From an uncultured Verrucomicrobiota bacterium (GTDB lineage: Bacteria > Verrucomicrobiota > Verrucomicrobiia > Limisphaerales > UBA9464), in the NCBI GenBank assembly GCA_903922605.1, contig CAIXUG010000069.1, forward strand, positions 8,603 to 72,602: DNA of 64,000 nt. Reading direction: 5' to 3'. This document shows positions 54,324-61,216 of the stretch, piece after piece; position 1 is the stretch's first letter, and each line of letters starts with the position of its first letter. The notes under the pieces are model-generated. The model searched no databases. It saw only the letters and a program-made list of their open reading frames with translations, and was not told where the DNA came from. Made by a program: the position numbers and the translations under genes.

Positions 54324-55493
54324 GTGCTTAACTGTCGCCGATTTCAGGTCTCTTCGGCAAAATCGCTTCACGTGACCGACCTGGACGCACCGAGCGAACT
54401 GCGCCGCCTGATCCGTGAAGCGATCACGGAGGCTGGTGGGGACATTCCCTTCGCGCGTTTCATGGAACTGGCGCTGTATGAGCCGGGCCTCGGCTACTAC
54501 GAACGGGGCCGGTTGGCCGTCGGCAAGCGGGGTGACTTCTACACCAGCGTCAGCGTCGGATCGCTCTTTGGCGAACTGGTTGCGTTCCAGTTTGCCGGAT
54601 GGCTGGCCGGCTTGGACGGCCCGGTCCAGATCGCCGAGGCTGGCGCCCACGATGGCAGGCTGGCCGCAGACATTCTCCACTGGCTGAAACGCTTTCAGCC
54701 GACGCTGTTCGCCCGGCTCGAGTACGTCATTGCCGAACCCTCCCCTACCCGTCGCGAATGGCAGGCGACCCATCTCGCCCCTTTTGCTGGCAAGGTTCGC
54801 TGGCTGGATAGTTTCACGCCGGACTCGCTGCGCGGAATCATCTTCACCAACGAGCTGCTCGACGCGCTGCCCGTGCATCGGCTGGGCTGGGACGCGGGGA
54901 AAAAGACTTGGTTCGAATGGGGCGTCGCGGCCGGGGCGGATGGATTCGTTTGGCACCGTCTGGAGCATCCCCCCGCCCCGCCCCTTCTCTCGCTCCTGCC
55001 TGAATTGCCAACCGAGTTACTCGCCGTATTGCCCGATGGCTTCAGCACGGAAATCAGTCCCGCCATCACCGATTGGTGGCGCAACGCCGCTACCGCCCTG
55101 AGCGAAGGCTGGCTGGTCACGGACGACTATGGGCTGCTCGCCGATGAATTTTTCCTGCCGCAACGGTCCGCCGGGACGCTGCGCGGCTACCATCAGCACC
55201 GTTTCGCGGAGAACCTGCTGGCGCAGCCAGGCGAGCAGGATCTGACCGCGCAGGTGAACTTCTCCGCCCTTAGGCAGGCCGGCGAACGAGCCGGACTGCA
55301 CACGGACGCCTTTGTGACCCAGCGCCAGTGGCTGACGCAGATCATGGGCCGAACCGGACAAAGTCCCGGGGATTTTGCGCCCTGGGATTCCGCGCGCGTG
55401 CGCCAGTTCCAGACACTCACACACCCGGAGCATCTGGGCCGGGCTTTTTCGGTGCTGGTACAGCGCCGAAGTTCCGATCGGGTCAGTACGTGA
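54324..55493 (+). CDS. class I SAM-dependent methyltransferase, MidA/NDUFAF7 (DUF185) family
   Basis: 'IPFARFMELALYEPGLGYYE', 'GDFYTSVSVGSLFGELVA', 'IAEAGAHDGRLAADIL' and 'IIFTNELLDALPVHRL' are present. The start is uncertain, either GTG 54324 or GTG 54372. Confidence 0.85.
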   Translation: MLNCRRFQVSSAKSLHVTDLDAPSELRRLIREAITEAGGDIPFARFMELALYEPGLGYYERGRLAVGKRGDFYTSVSVGSLFGELVAFQFAGWLAGLDGPVQIAEAGAHDGRLAADILHWLKRFQPTLFARLEYVIAEPSPTRREWQATHLAPFAGKVRWLDSFTPDSLRGIIFTNELLDALPVHRLGWDAGKKTWFEWGVAAGADGFVWHRLEHPPAPPLLSLLPELPTELLAVLPDGFSTEISPAITDWWRNAATALSEGWLVTDDYGLLADEFFLPQRSAGTLRGYHQHRFAENLLAQPGEQDLTAQVNFSALRQAGERAGLHTDAFVTQRQWLTQIMGRTGQSPGDFAPWDSARVRQFQTLTHPEHLGRAFSVLVQRRSSDRVST

Positions 55494-56499
55494 GCTGGTC
55501 GATCACCTGCTGGCCATGGGCGTAGAAAGTCCACGCCTCCCCGCGTTTGAAAACAATCTTGCCGCAGGGACGCGACTTCAGCTCGGCCTCATTCACCGAC
55601 AGCAGCGCCACCTTGGCCGGTGATTTCAGCTCCGAGGCGGCCCGGGGGATGATCCGGAGCGGCAGGCCGTTGAAGGACAGGCCAAGCTCATAGCCGGCAA
55701 TGCCCTCACGTTCCGCCACCGGATTGCGCAACACCAGCGGCGCGTAGCGGCGGGCGAACGGGAAACTCTTTACGCGGACCGCAACCCGGCACAGCTCGGG
55801 CTGCGCCTGCAGGAAGCGGACGAGGCTGAAGTTGGTGCCGAGCCGTGCCTGCTCCCGCAACACCTGCGCCGGATCGATGCCGAAGAGGTTGAACCCGTTG
55901 AAGACTCCGTGGTCGTTGCGCTGCTCCGGCAGCCGGGCCTGATGCCACTGCACGTAGCGGTCGGTGCCGAGCAGATCGAGCTCGAAGTGGCAATGGGCAC
56001 GATCCTTGGTGATCGGCTGGTGGGTGTTCGAAGTGCGGCCCATCGTGGCAATCTGCTCGCCCGTACGAACCACATCGCCGGCCTTCAAGCCGGACCTGAT
56101 CGCGCTGAGATGCGCATAAAGCGAATAGATTTCCAGGCCCTCCACGTGATGCCGCAGCAGGACATAGTTCCCATAAGGGGAAAGCGCCGGCTTGGAATTG
56201 AGGTAGGCAACAACTCCGTCGGCAGTGGCGCTGACCGGATCGGTCGGTTCGCCATGTTTGTCGCGTTGCAGGCAGCGGATATCTAGCCCCTCGTGAAACT
56301 GATAGCCCTCGCTGCGGACGCAGCCAAACTGGCCGCTGGTCCAGGGCTTGCCCACCGTGCCGACAAAGAAACGTTCCCCGCCATCCGCCTCGAAGAGGGC
56401 ACGATTGGCAGTCGGGAGCTGGAAAACTGCGCCGGCATTCAGCTCAGCCGCCAGGCACAGCAGCGCCATCAGCATCGCGCCCCGAAACCGCCGCATCAA
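55483..56499 (-). CDS. secreted M23 family metallopeptidase
   Basis: It has a signal peptide. M23 zinc motifs are 'FHEGLDI' (HxxxD) and 'HCHFELD' (HxH). 'GNYVLLRHHVEGLEIYSLYAHL' also fits. Confidence 0.85.
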   Translation of the reverse strand: MMRRFRGAMLMALLCLAAELNAGAVFQLPTANRALFEADGGERFFVGTVGKPWTSGQFGCVRSEGYQFHEGLDIRCLQRDKHGEPTDPVSATADGVVAYLNSKPALSPYGNYVLLRHHVEGLEIYSLYAHLSAIRSGLKAGDVVRTGEQIATMGRTSNTHQPITKDRAHCHFELDLLGTDRYVQWHQARLPEQRNDHGVFNGFNLFGIDPAQVLREQARLGTNFSLVRFLQAQPELCRVAVRVKSFPFARRYAPLVLRNPVAEREGIAGYELGLSFNGLPLRIIPRAASELKSPAKVALLSVNEAELKSRPCGKIVFKRGEAWTFYAHGQQVIDQLTY

Positions 56500-57146
56500 C
56501 GGCCCTCCTTATAGGCCTTGATGGCTTCCTCGGCGGAGCTGGGCTGCGACTGGAGGTCGTCCTTCTCCGGCTTCTTGCCCGGTTTCTGCTGGTTCTCCAG
56601 TTTGACGGCGACGTTGTTGAGGCCGCGCACGATATGTTCGGCCTCCTCGTGGGAGCAGTCCGGGGTGAAGGTGAAATAGCCGTCCCGCATCGGGTGCCGG
56701 AACACCGGTGCTGCCAGCCAGCGGGTTTCGGTGGACTTGCCGTCTCCGGTTTCCCATGTGCAGGCGATGGCCATGCGCCGTCCCTGTCGCGTCACACTGC
56801 CGGCTTCCAGAGTCATGCGCCCGTGGGAGGTAGTCTCGATCGCGATGGCAAAACCGCCGAATACCTCCGTCAGCCTGGCCGTCTTGACATCGCGCTCGTC
56901 CAGAAAGGCCTCGCTTTCGACCTGCATCCGTACCGGGCTGCTCCGGAGCACGGACACCGTTTTGCCCGTCTCACTGGCCTCCAGGTGCAGGCGCAGGGCG
57001 GCCACTTCCTCCTTTTCCTGCTTGGCTTTCTTGTCCTCCGGCGTGGAAGCACAGCCCCAAGCCAGTAGGCTTACGAGCAGCATTGGGAAAAAGGAGTTGA
57101 ACCGGATGCCGTAACTCCGCACTTTGCGGCGTGAAAAAGTAGTCAT
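56496..57146 (-). CDS. lipoprotein, function unknown
   Basis: ATG at 57146. The lipobox is 'LLVSLLAWGC|AS'. The stop overlaps the M23 peptidase start by 4 bp. Confidence 0.65.
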   Translation of the reverse strand: MTTFSRRKVRSYGIRFNSFFPMLLVSLLAWGCASTPEDKKAKQEKEEVAALRLHLEASETGKTVSVLRSSPVRMQVESEAFLDERDVKTARLTEVFGGFAIAIETTSHGRMTLEAGSVTRQGRRMAIACTWETGDGKSTETRWLAAPVFRHPMRDGYFTFTPDCSHEEAEHIVRGLNNVAVKLENQQKPGKKPEKDDLQSQPSSAEEAIKAYKEGR

Positions 57147-57167
57147 CTTTGGAAATCGAAAACAGCT

Positions 57168-57266
57168 ATGGGTCAACAATCCAACAAAATACAGAAACGT
57201 CGTCGTCGCAACGCTTACGAGAAACGCAAAAAAGCTCGCGTGAAGCCGGCTGCGGGCAAGAAGTAA
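57168..57266 (+). CDS. 32-aa highly basic peptide (candidate small protein, not in the ORF track)
   Basis: The ORF from ATG 57168 to TAA 57264-57266 translates to 'MGQQSNKIQKRRRRNAYEKRKKARVKPAAGKK' (14 of 32 residues are K or R). A strong intrinsic terminator follows 18 nt downstream, and no other plus-strand gene lies in position for it to end. Confidence 0.45.
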   Translation: MGQQSNKIQKRRRRNAYEKRKKARVKPAAGKK

Positions 57267-57284
57267 AAGCGACATTTTTTAACG

Positions 57285-57313
57285 AGCCGCCCCGCTGTGG
57301 GTGGCTTTTTTTT
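57285..57313 (+). terminator. rho-independent terminator
   Basis: An 8-bp stem AGCCGCCC/GGGTGGCT (one G-U pair) has a 6-nt loop and is followed by T8 at 57306-57313. Confidence 0.75.
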
Positions 57314-57349
57314 GCTTTCACGCCGAAAAATCGTGGCAATGTTTGGCGC

Positions 57350-58255
57350 ATGATCCTCTGTGGCATAGGCGACGAGGCCGGTAACCGGCTGGCGTCCCAG
57401 CTTCGGGCGACCCGGGAGCTGGGCTGGCAGCAGCTCGAAGCCCGCAGTGTCGAGGTGGCCGGGTTTCCCAAGGCCAACCTGCACGACCTGCCGGAAGCCG
57501 CCTTTGAACAGGCGGTGACGGAGCTGGGCGCGGCGGGCGTCGAAGTTTACTGCTTCGCCTCCACCATCATGAACTGGTCGAAACGGATCACCGATCCCCT
57601 CGACCCGACCCTGGCCGAGGTCCGCCGGACCATTCCCCGGATGCAGCGCCTGGGGAGCCGTTTCGTGCGGATCATGAGCTACAAGCCGCAGGACACCGAC
57701 GACCGGACCCCCGAAGAGGTGATCCACCGGCTGCGGGTGGTCACCGACCTGTTTCTCGAAGCCGGCATCCAGCCGCTGCATGAGAACTGCATGAATCACG
57801 GCGGCATGAGCTGGCAGCATGCGCTGCAATTGCTGGAAGAGGTGCCCGGCCTGCGGTGGCTGTTCGACACCGCCAATCCGATTTTCAACCCCGACCGCTC
57901 GCGTCCGCTCCCGTGGCCCCGGCAGGACCCGTGGGAATACTGGACCCATGTGCGTGAGCGGGTGGCGCACATCCACGTGAAAGACGCGCGCTGGAACCCG
58001 GCCCGCAACGACGCTGACTATACCTGGCCCGGCGAAGGCGAAGGGGCTGTGCGGCGGATTCTGGCCGACGCCATTGCCCGGGGGTACAATGCCGGCATCA
58101 GCATCGAGCCGCACATGGTCACGGTCTTTCATGACGCCAATTCCTCGGCTCAGGACGACGCCCTGCGGGAGAATTTCGTGGAATACGGACGCCGCCTGGA
58201 ACGGCTGATCGCGGGACTGCCCCGGCCTGCCGCCCTGGAAAAAGCCGGCGCATGA
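57350..58255 (+). CDS. sugar phosphate isomerase/epimerase (xylose-isomerase-like TIM barrel)
   Basis: ATG at 57350 gives 'MILCGIGDEAG'. 'FVRIMSY', 'LHENCMNHGG' and 'HIHVKDARW' are consistent with the AP_endonuc_2/TIM-barrel family. Confidence 0.75.
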   Translation: MILCGIGDEAGNRLASQLRATRELGWQQLEARSVEVAGFPKANLHDLPEAAFEQAVTELGAAGVEVYCFASTIMNWSKRITDPLDPTLAEVRRTIPRMQRLGSRFVRIMSYKPQDTDDRTPEEVIHRLRVVTDLFLEAGIQPLHENCMNHGGMSWQHALQLLEEVPGLRWLFDTANPIFNPDRSRPLPWPRQDPWEYWTHVRERVAHIHVKDARWNPARNDADYTWPGEGEGAVRRILADAIARGYNAGISIEPHMVTVFHDANSSAQDDALRENFVEYGRRLERLIAGLPRPAALEKAGA

Positions 58256-58370
58256 GTTTCCGCCCGTCCGGTCTGGCGGTCGTTCTGACCGGCCTGCTCA
58301 CGACGGTTCCCTCCGCCGAAGTGGTGATCAGCGAGTTCGCCCCCGCTCAGTCGATTCAAATGCCCCTGCC

Positions 58371-58931
58371 GTGATCCTCGTGCCCACCAGTTCCAGCGAC
58401 GCCATCGTCAGCGCCACGCGAGAATGGCTGGAGAAAGCCGTCATCGGCCTGAACCTCTGCCCCTTCGCCAGGGCGGTGCATGTCCGGGGGCAGATCCGCT
58501 ACGCCGTGAGCGATGCCCGGGACGAGGCGACGCTGCTGGCCGATCTCCGGGCCGAGCTGCAGGCCCTGCATGCGGCCCCGCCGGAACAGATCGACACGAC
58601 CCTGCTGATTCATCCAGATGTGCTGGCGGATTTTACCGATTACAACGCCTTCCTCGTTCCGGCCGAAGCCGCCATCGAAGACACCGGCCTTCCCGGAGAA
58701 ATCCAGTTGGCGAGCTTTCACCCGCAGTACCAGTTCGCCGGCACCGCGCCGGACGACATCGAGAATTATACCAACCGTTCCCCCTACCCCATGTTGCACC
58801 TGCTGCGCGAAGCCAGCATCAGCCGCGCGGTCCAGGCGTTTCCCGACGCCCGCGCCATCTATGAGGCCAACATCGCGACCATGAAGAAACTGGGGCACGA
58901 CGGATGGACGAGACTTGGTCTGAAGTCGTGA
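58371..58931 (+). CDS. DUF1415 domain protein
   Basis: 'WLEKAVIGLNLCPFARAV', 'TTLLIHPDVLADFTDYNAF' and 'IQLASFHPQYQFAG...ENYTNRSPYPMLHLLRE' are present. GTG start. Confidence 0.8.
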   Translation: MILVPTSSSDAIVSATREWLEKAVIGLNLCPFARAVHVRGQIRYAVSDARDEATLLADLRAELQALHAAPPEQIDTTLLIHPDVLADFTDYNAFLVPAEAAIEDTGLPGEIQLASFHPQYQFAGTAPDDIENYTNRSPYPMLHLLREASISRAVQAFPDARAIYEANIATMKKLGHDGWTRLGLKS

Positions 58932-58970
58932 AATACGCGAACGCGCCCCCGCCCGCCAGTTTGACGTTGC

Positions 58971-60500
58971 GTGCGGGGGGTGGGCGATGGTTGGTTTTCG
59001 ATCGTGATTTCCCCAAGAACTGTTCCCGTGCACACCGGACTGGACGGACGCTTTCAGGCGGCAGCGAAATTACACCCGCAGAAAACAGCGGTGATCTGCG
59101 GCACCGAAGCCGTGACCTATGAGGAGCTCGACCGGACGGTCACGGGAGTCGCCCAGTGGTTGCTGCGCGAGGGACTGAGGCCGGGCGACCGGGTCGGGGT
59201 ACTTTGGGATAACGACATCACGGTGGTCACGCTTTACCTGGCGTGTTGGCGTGCCGGGATGATCGCGTTGCCCGTCATCTGGCGCATGAAGGCGCCTGAG
59301 CTCGCCTATATCATTGGGCATGCCACACCTTCGGTTTTGTTCGCACATCCCAAGCTCCTGCCTGTGGCGACCGAGGCGCAGGCGTCGAGCGGTCATCCGT
59401 GCCGGATATTGACCGCCTTGCCGGAGGATATGCCGGCGCCCGACGAGCCGGCCTTGCCGGCCAACGACCCGGACTGGCCCGCGCTCATTATCTACACATC
59501 GGGCACGACCGCACGACCGAAGGGCGCCATGCATACGCACCGGACGCTCGCGGCGACGACCGAGGCGATGTGGGGCATCGGGCCGTCGGGAATCGGGATC
59601 GCGGTGACCTCCATCCTGCATGCCTCCGGGCTGTATTGTGTTCTTCTGCCCACCCTGCTGGCGGCGGGCACGCTGGTACTGGTGCCGGTGTTCGACCCGG
59701 TAGAGGTGCTGGATGCGATCGAGCGGCATCGTTGCACCAACACCATTCTGCTGCCGGCGATGGCGCAGTCGGTCGTCGTCGAGCAGTTGAAGCGGAGGCG
59801 CGACGTGAGCTCGCTGCAATGGGCCTTGGCGGGCGGCGATTCGGTGCCCGTGGCGTTGCAAACCCAGTTTCAGGACGCGTGCGGCCTGCCGCTGCGTGAA
59901 GGCCTCGGCATGACAGAGGCATGTCCGATCCTCGCGAATCCGCCCGACGGACTGCGGCCGGGTTCGCTGGGGGTGCCCCTGGGCGGTGGCGAGGCGCGCG
60001 TGGTGGACAACGAGGGGCGGCTGACACCCGATGGAGAGATCGGCGAACTCGTGGTGCGCAGTCCGCGCAATTTTGTCGGGTATTGGAACAACCCCGAGGA
60101 AACTGCGGCTGCCCTGCGCCAAGGCTGGCTGCATACGGGCGATCTCGTGAAACGCGACGCCAGCGGCTACTACTGGTTTCAGGGGCGCAAGAAACAGATC
60201 ATCGTGTGCGAGAGCTACAACGTGGCACCGCAGGAGGTGGAGGAAGTCCTCTACCGGCATCCCGCGGTGTTCGAAGCGGGGGTGTTTGGCCTGCCCGATA
60301 CGGTGTCAGGCGAAAAAGTGATCGCGGCGGTTTCGCTGCGGCCCGGAAACCAGGTGGACGAGGCGGATCTGCGTGAGTTTGTCCGCCGGCACCTCAACGA
60401 CCTGAAGGTGCCGGTGAGGATTTATTTTCTGGCCGAACTCCCGAAGGGTCTCAGCGGGAAGGTCGATCGCCGCGTGTTGAAGGAGATGGCGAAGGTTTAA
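58971..60500 (+). CDS. AMP-dependent synthetase/ligase (acyl-CoA ligase family)
   Basis: The AMP-binding motif 'IIYTSGTTARPKGAMHTH' is present, along with 'GLGMTEA', 'TGDLVKRDASGYYWFQGRKK' and 'LPKGLSGKVDRR'. The start is uncertain (GTG 58971 or GTG 59028). Confidence 0.88.
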   Translation: MRGVGDGWFSIVISPRTVPVHTGLDGRFQAAAKLHPQKTAVICGTEAVTYEELDRTVTGVAQWLLREGLRPGDRVGVLWDNDITVVTLYLACWRAGMIALPVIWRMKAPELAYIIGHATPSVLFAHPKLLPVATEAQASSGHPCRILTALPEDMPAPDEPALPANDPDWPALIIYTSGTTARPKGAMHTHRTLAATTEAMWGIGPSGIGIAVTSILHASGLYCVLLPTLLAAGTLVLVPVFDPVEVLDAIERHRCTNTILLPAMAQSVVVEQLKRRRDVSSLQWALAGGDSVPVALQTQFQDACGLPLREGLGMTEACPILANPPDGLRPGSLGVPLGGGEARVVDNEGRLTPDGEIGELVVRSPRNFVGYWNNPEETAAALRQGWLHTGDLVKRDASGYYWFQGRKKQIIVCESYNVAPQEVEEVLYRHPAVFEAGVFGLPDTVSGEKVIAAVSLRPGNQVDEADLREFVRRHLNDLKVPVRIYFLAELPKGLSGKVDRRVLKEMAKV

Positions 60501-60570
60501 GGCTTCCGCTGGGCCCGCTTCTTCGCCTCCAGCAGGCGGCTGGTGGCGCTCGTGGGGGTGGAAGCACCGC
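60497..60570. repeat. direct repeat copy 1: a relic copy of the last ~24 codons of gene 61142..64000
   Basis: It matches 61142..61216 at an offset of 645 bp. A perfect 55-bp core runs 60504-60558 = 61149-61203, with about 4 mismatches and 1 indel at the edges. The reverse translation reads '..TSATSRLLEAKKRAQRKP*'. Confidence 0.9.
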
Positions 60571-61141
60571 CGACGAGCTCGGCGACGATGTGGACGGCAC
60601 GAATGCCCCGAGCAAACAGGCAATTGAGATTGTTCGCAGCCGAGAAGCTTGCGCCTTGCTTCCCTTGGGAAACCAGCCGCTATGGCTGGCGTGTCGTGTT
60701 AGAATCAAGTGGTTTGGTTACGTCGAACATGTTGGTGACACCCCTATCCCGTAACGAAACGGCATCAGTTTTTCCCGTGCTCCAAAGTGTGATTTTATTC
60801 CCCTCCACTTTGTACTCCAGTTGCCGTCCCCATCCGTCTTTCGTGTCGTTATACCGGTCTGGCAACAACGGAAGATTGCTCAGATCGGGCGGAAGTCTTC
60901 CGTTTTTCTCCCAGAAAAGGCGGATTCGTTGCTCCGTTAAAAACACCCTGTTGTTAGTCAGATCGTGTGGCGGTATGACTTCAATACAGCTAAACAGAAG
61001 CACTGCACTGACCGTCACGACCCCAACAACAACTAGTAAGATTCCTTTCTTCACAGAACCTTCTATTTATTTTCCAATGGAGCGGCGTTTTTCTGAACTC
61101 CAACGGTGAGAATTTCTGGCAGTTCTGCTACAAGTGGACGG
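60571..61141. other. low-GC (~45-50%) inserted segment carrying one small gene
   Basis: There is a visible compositional drop relative to the ~65% GC flanks. The segment is bounded by the 74-bp direct repeats. No integrase or transposase is present. Confidence 0.7.
60680..61054 (-). CDS. small membrane-anchored protein, GspG/pseudopilin-like C-terminal fold suspected (no prepilin cleavage motif)
   Basis: GTG at 61054 is preceded by 'GAAGG'. The TM helix is 'GILLVVVGVVTVSAVLLF'. 'LFWEKNGRLPPDLSNLPLLPDRYNDTKDGWGRQLEYKVEGNKITLWSTGKTD' resembles the 'G.YP..L..L......DPWG..Y.Y......L.S.G.DG' pattern of T2SS G-type pseudopilins. Confidence 0.55.
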   Translation of the reverse strand: MKKGILLVVVGVVTVSAVLLFSCIEVIPPHDLTNNRVFLTEQRIRLFWEKNGRLPPDLSNLPLLPDRYNDTKDGWGRQLEYKVEGNKITLWSTGKTDAVSLRDRGVTNMFDVTKPLDSNTTRQP

Positions 61142-61216
61142 TTACGGTTTCCGCTGGGCCCGCTTCTTCGCCTCCAGCAGGCGGCTGGTGGCGCTCGTGG
61201 GGGCGGAAGCATCCGC
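61142..61216. repeat. direct repeat copy 2 (functional 3' end of gene 61142..64000)
   Basis: See copy 1. This copy contains the real stop codon, the complement of 'tta' at 61142-61144. Confidence 0.9.

Noticed and set aside
54066-54968. A 300-aa minus-strand ORF overlaps the start of the MidA methyltransferase gene.
   Set aside because: It is antisense to a gene with clear family motifs, and its own translation has no recognisable features. It is most likely a shadow ORF.
58252-58374. A 40-codon ORF ('MSFRPSGLAVVLTGLLTTVPSAEVVISEF..') bridges the isomerase and DUF1415 genes with overlapping stop and start codons.
   Set aside because: It resembles only the signal peptide and first strand of a secreted protein, possibly a gene remnant. 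It is too short and has no supporting signal, so it is not called.
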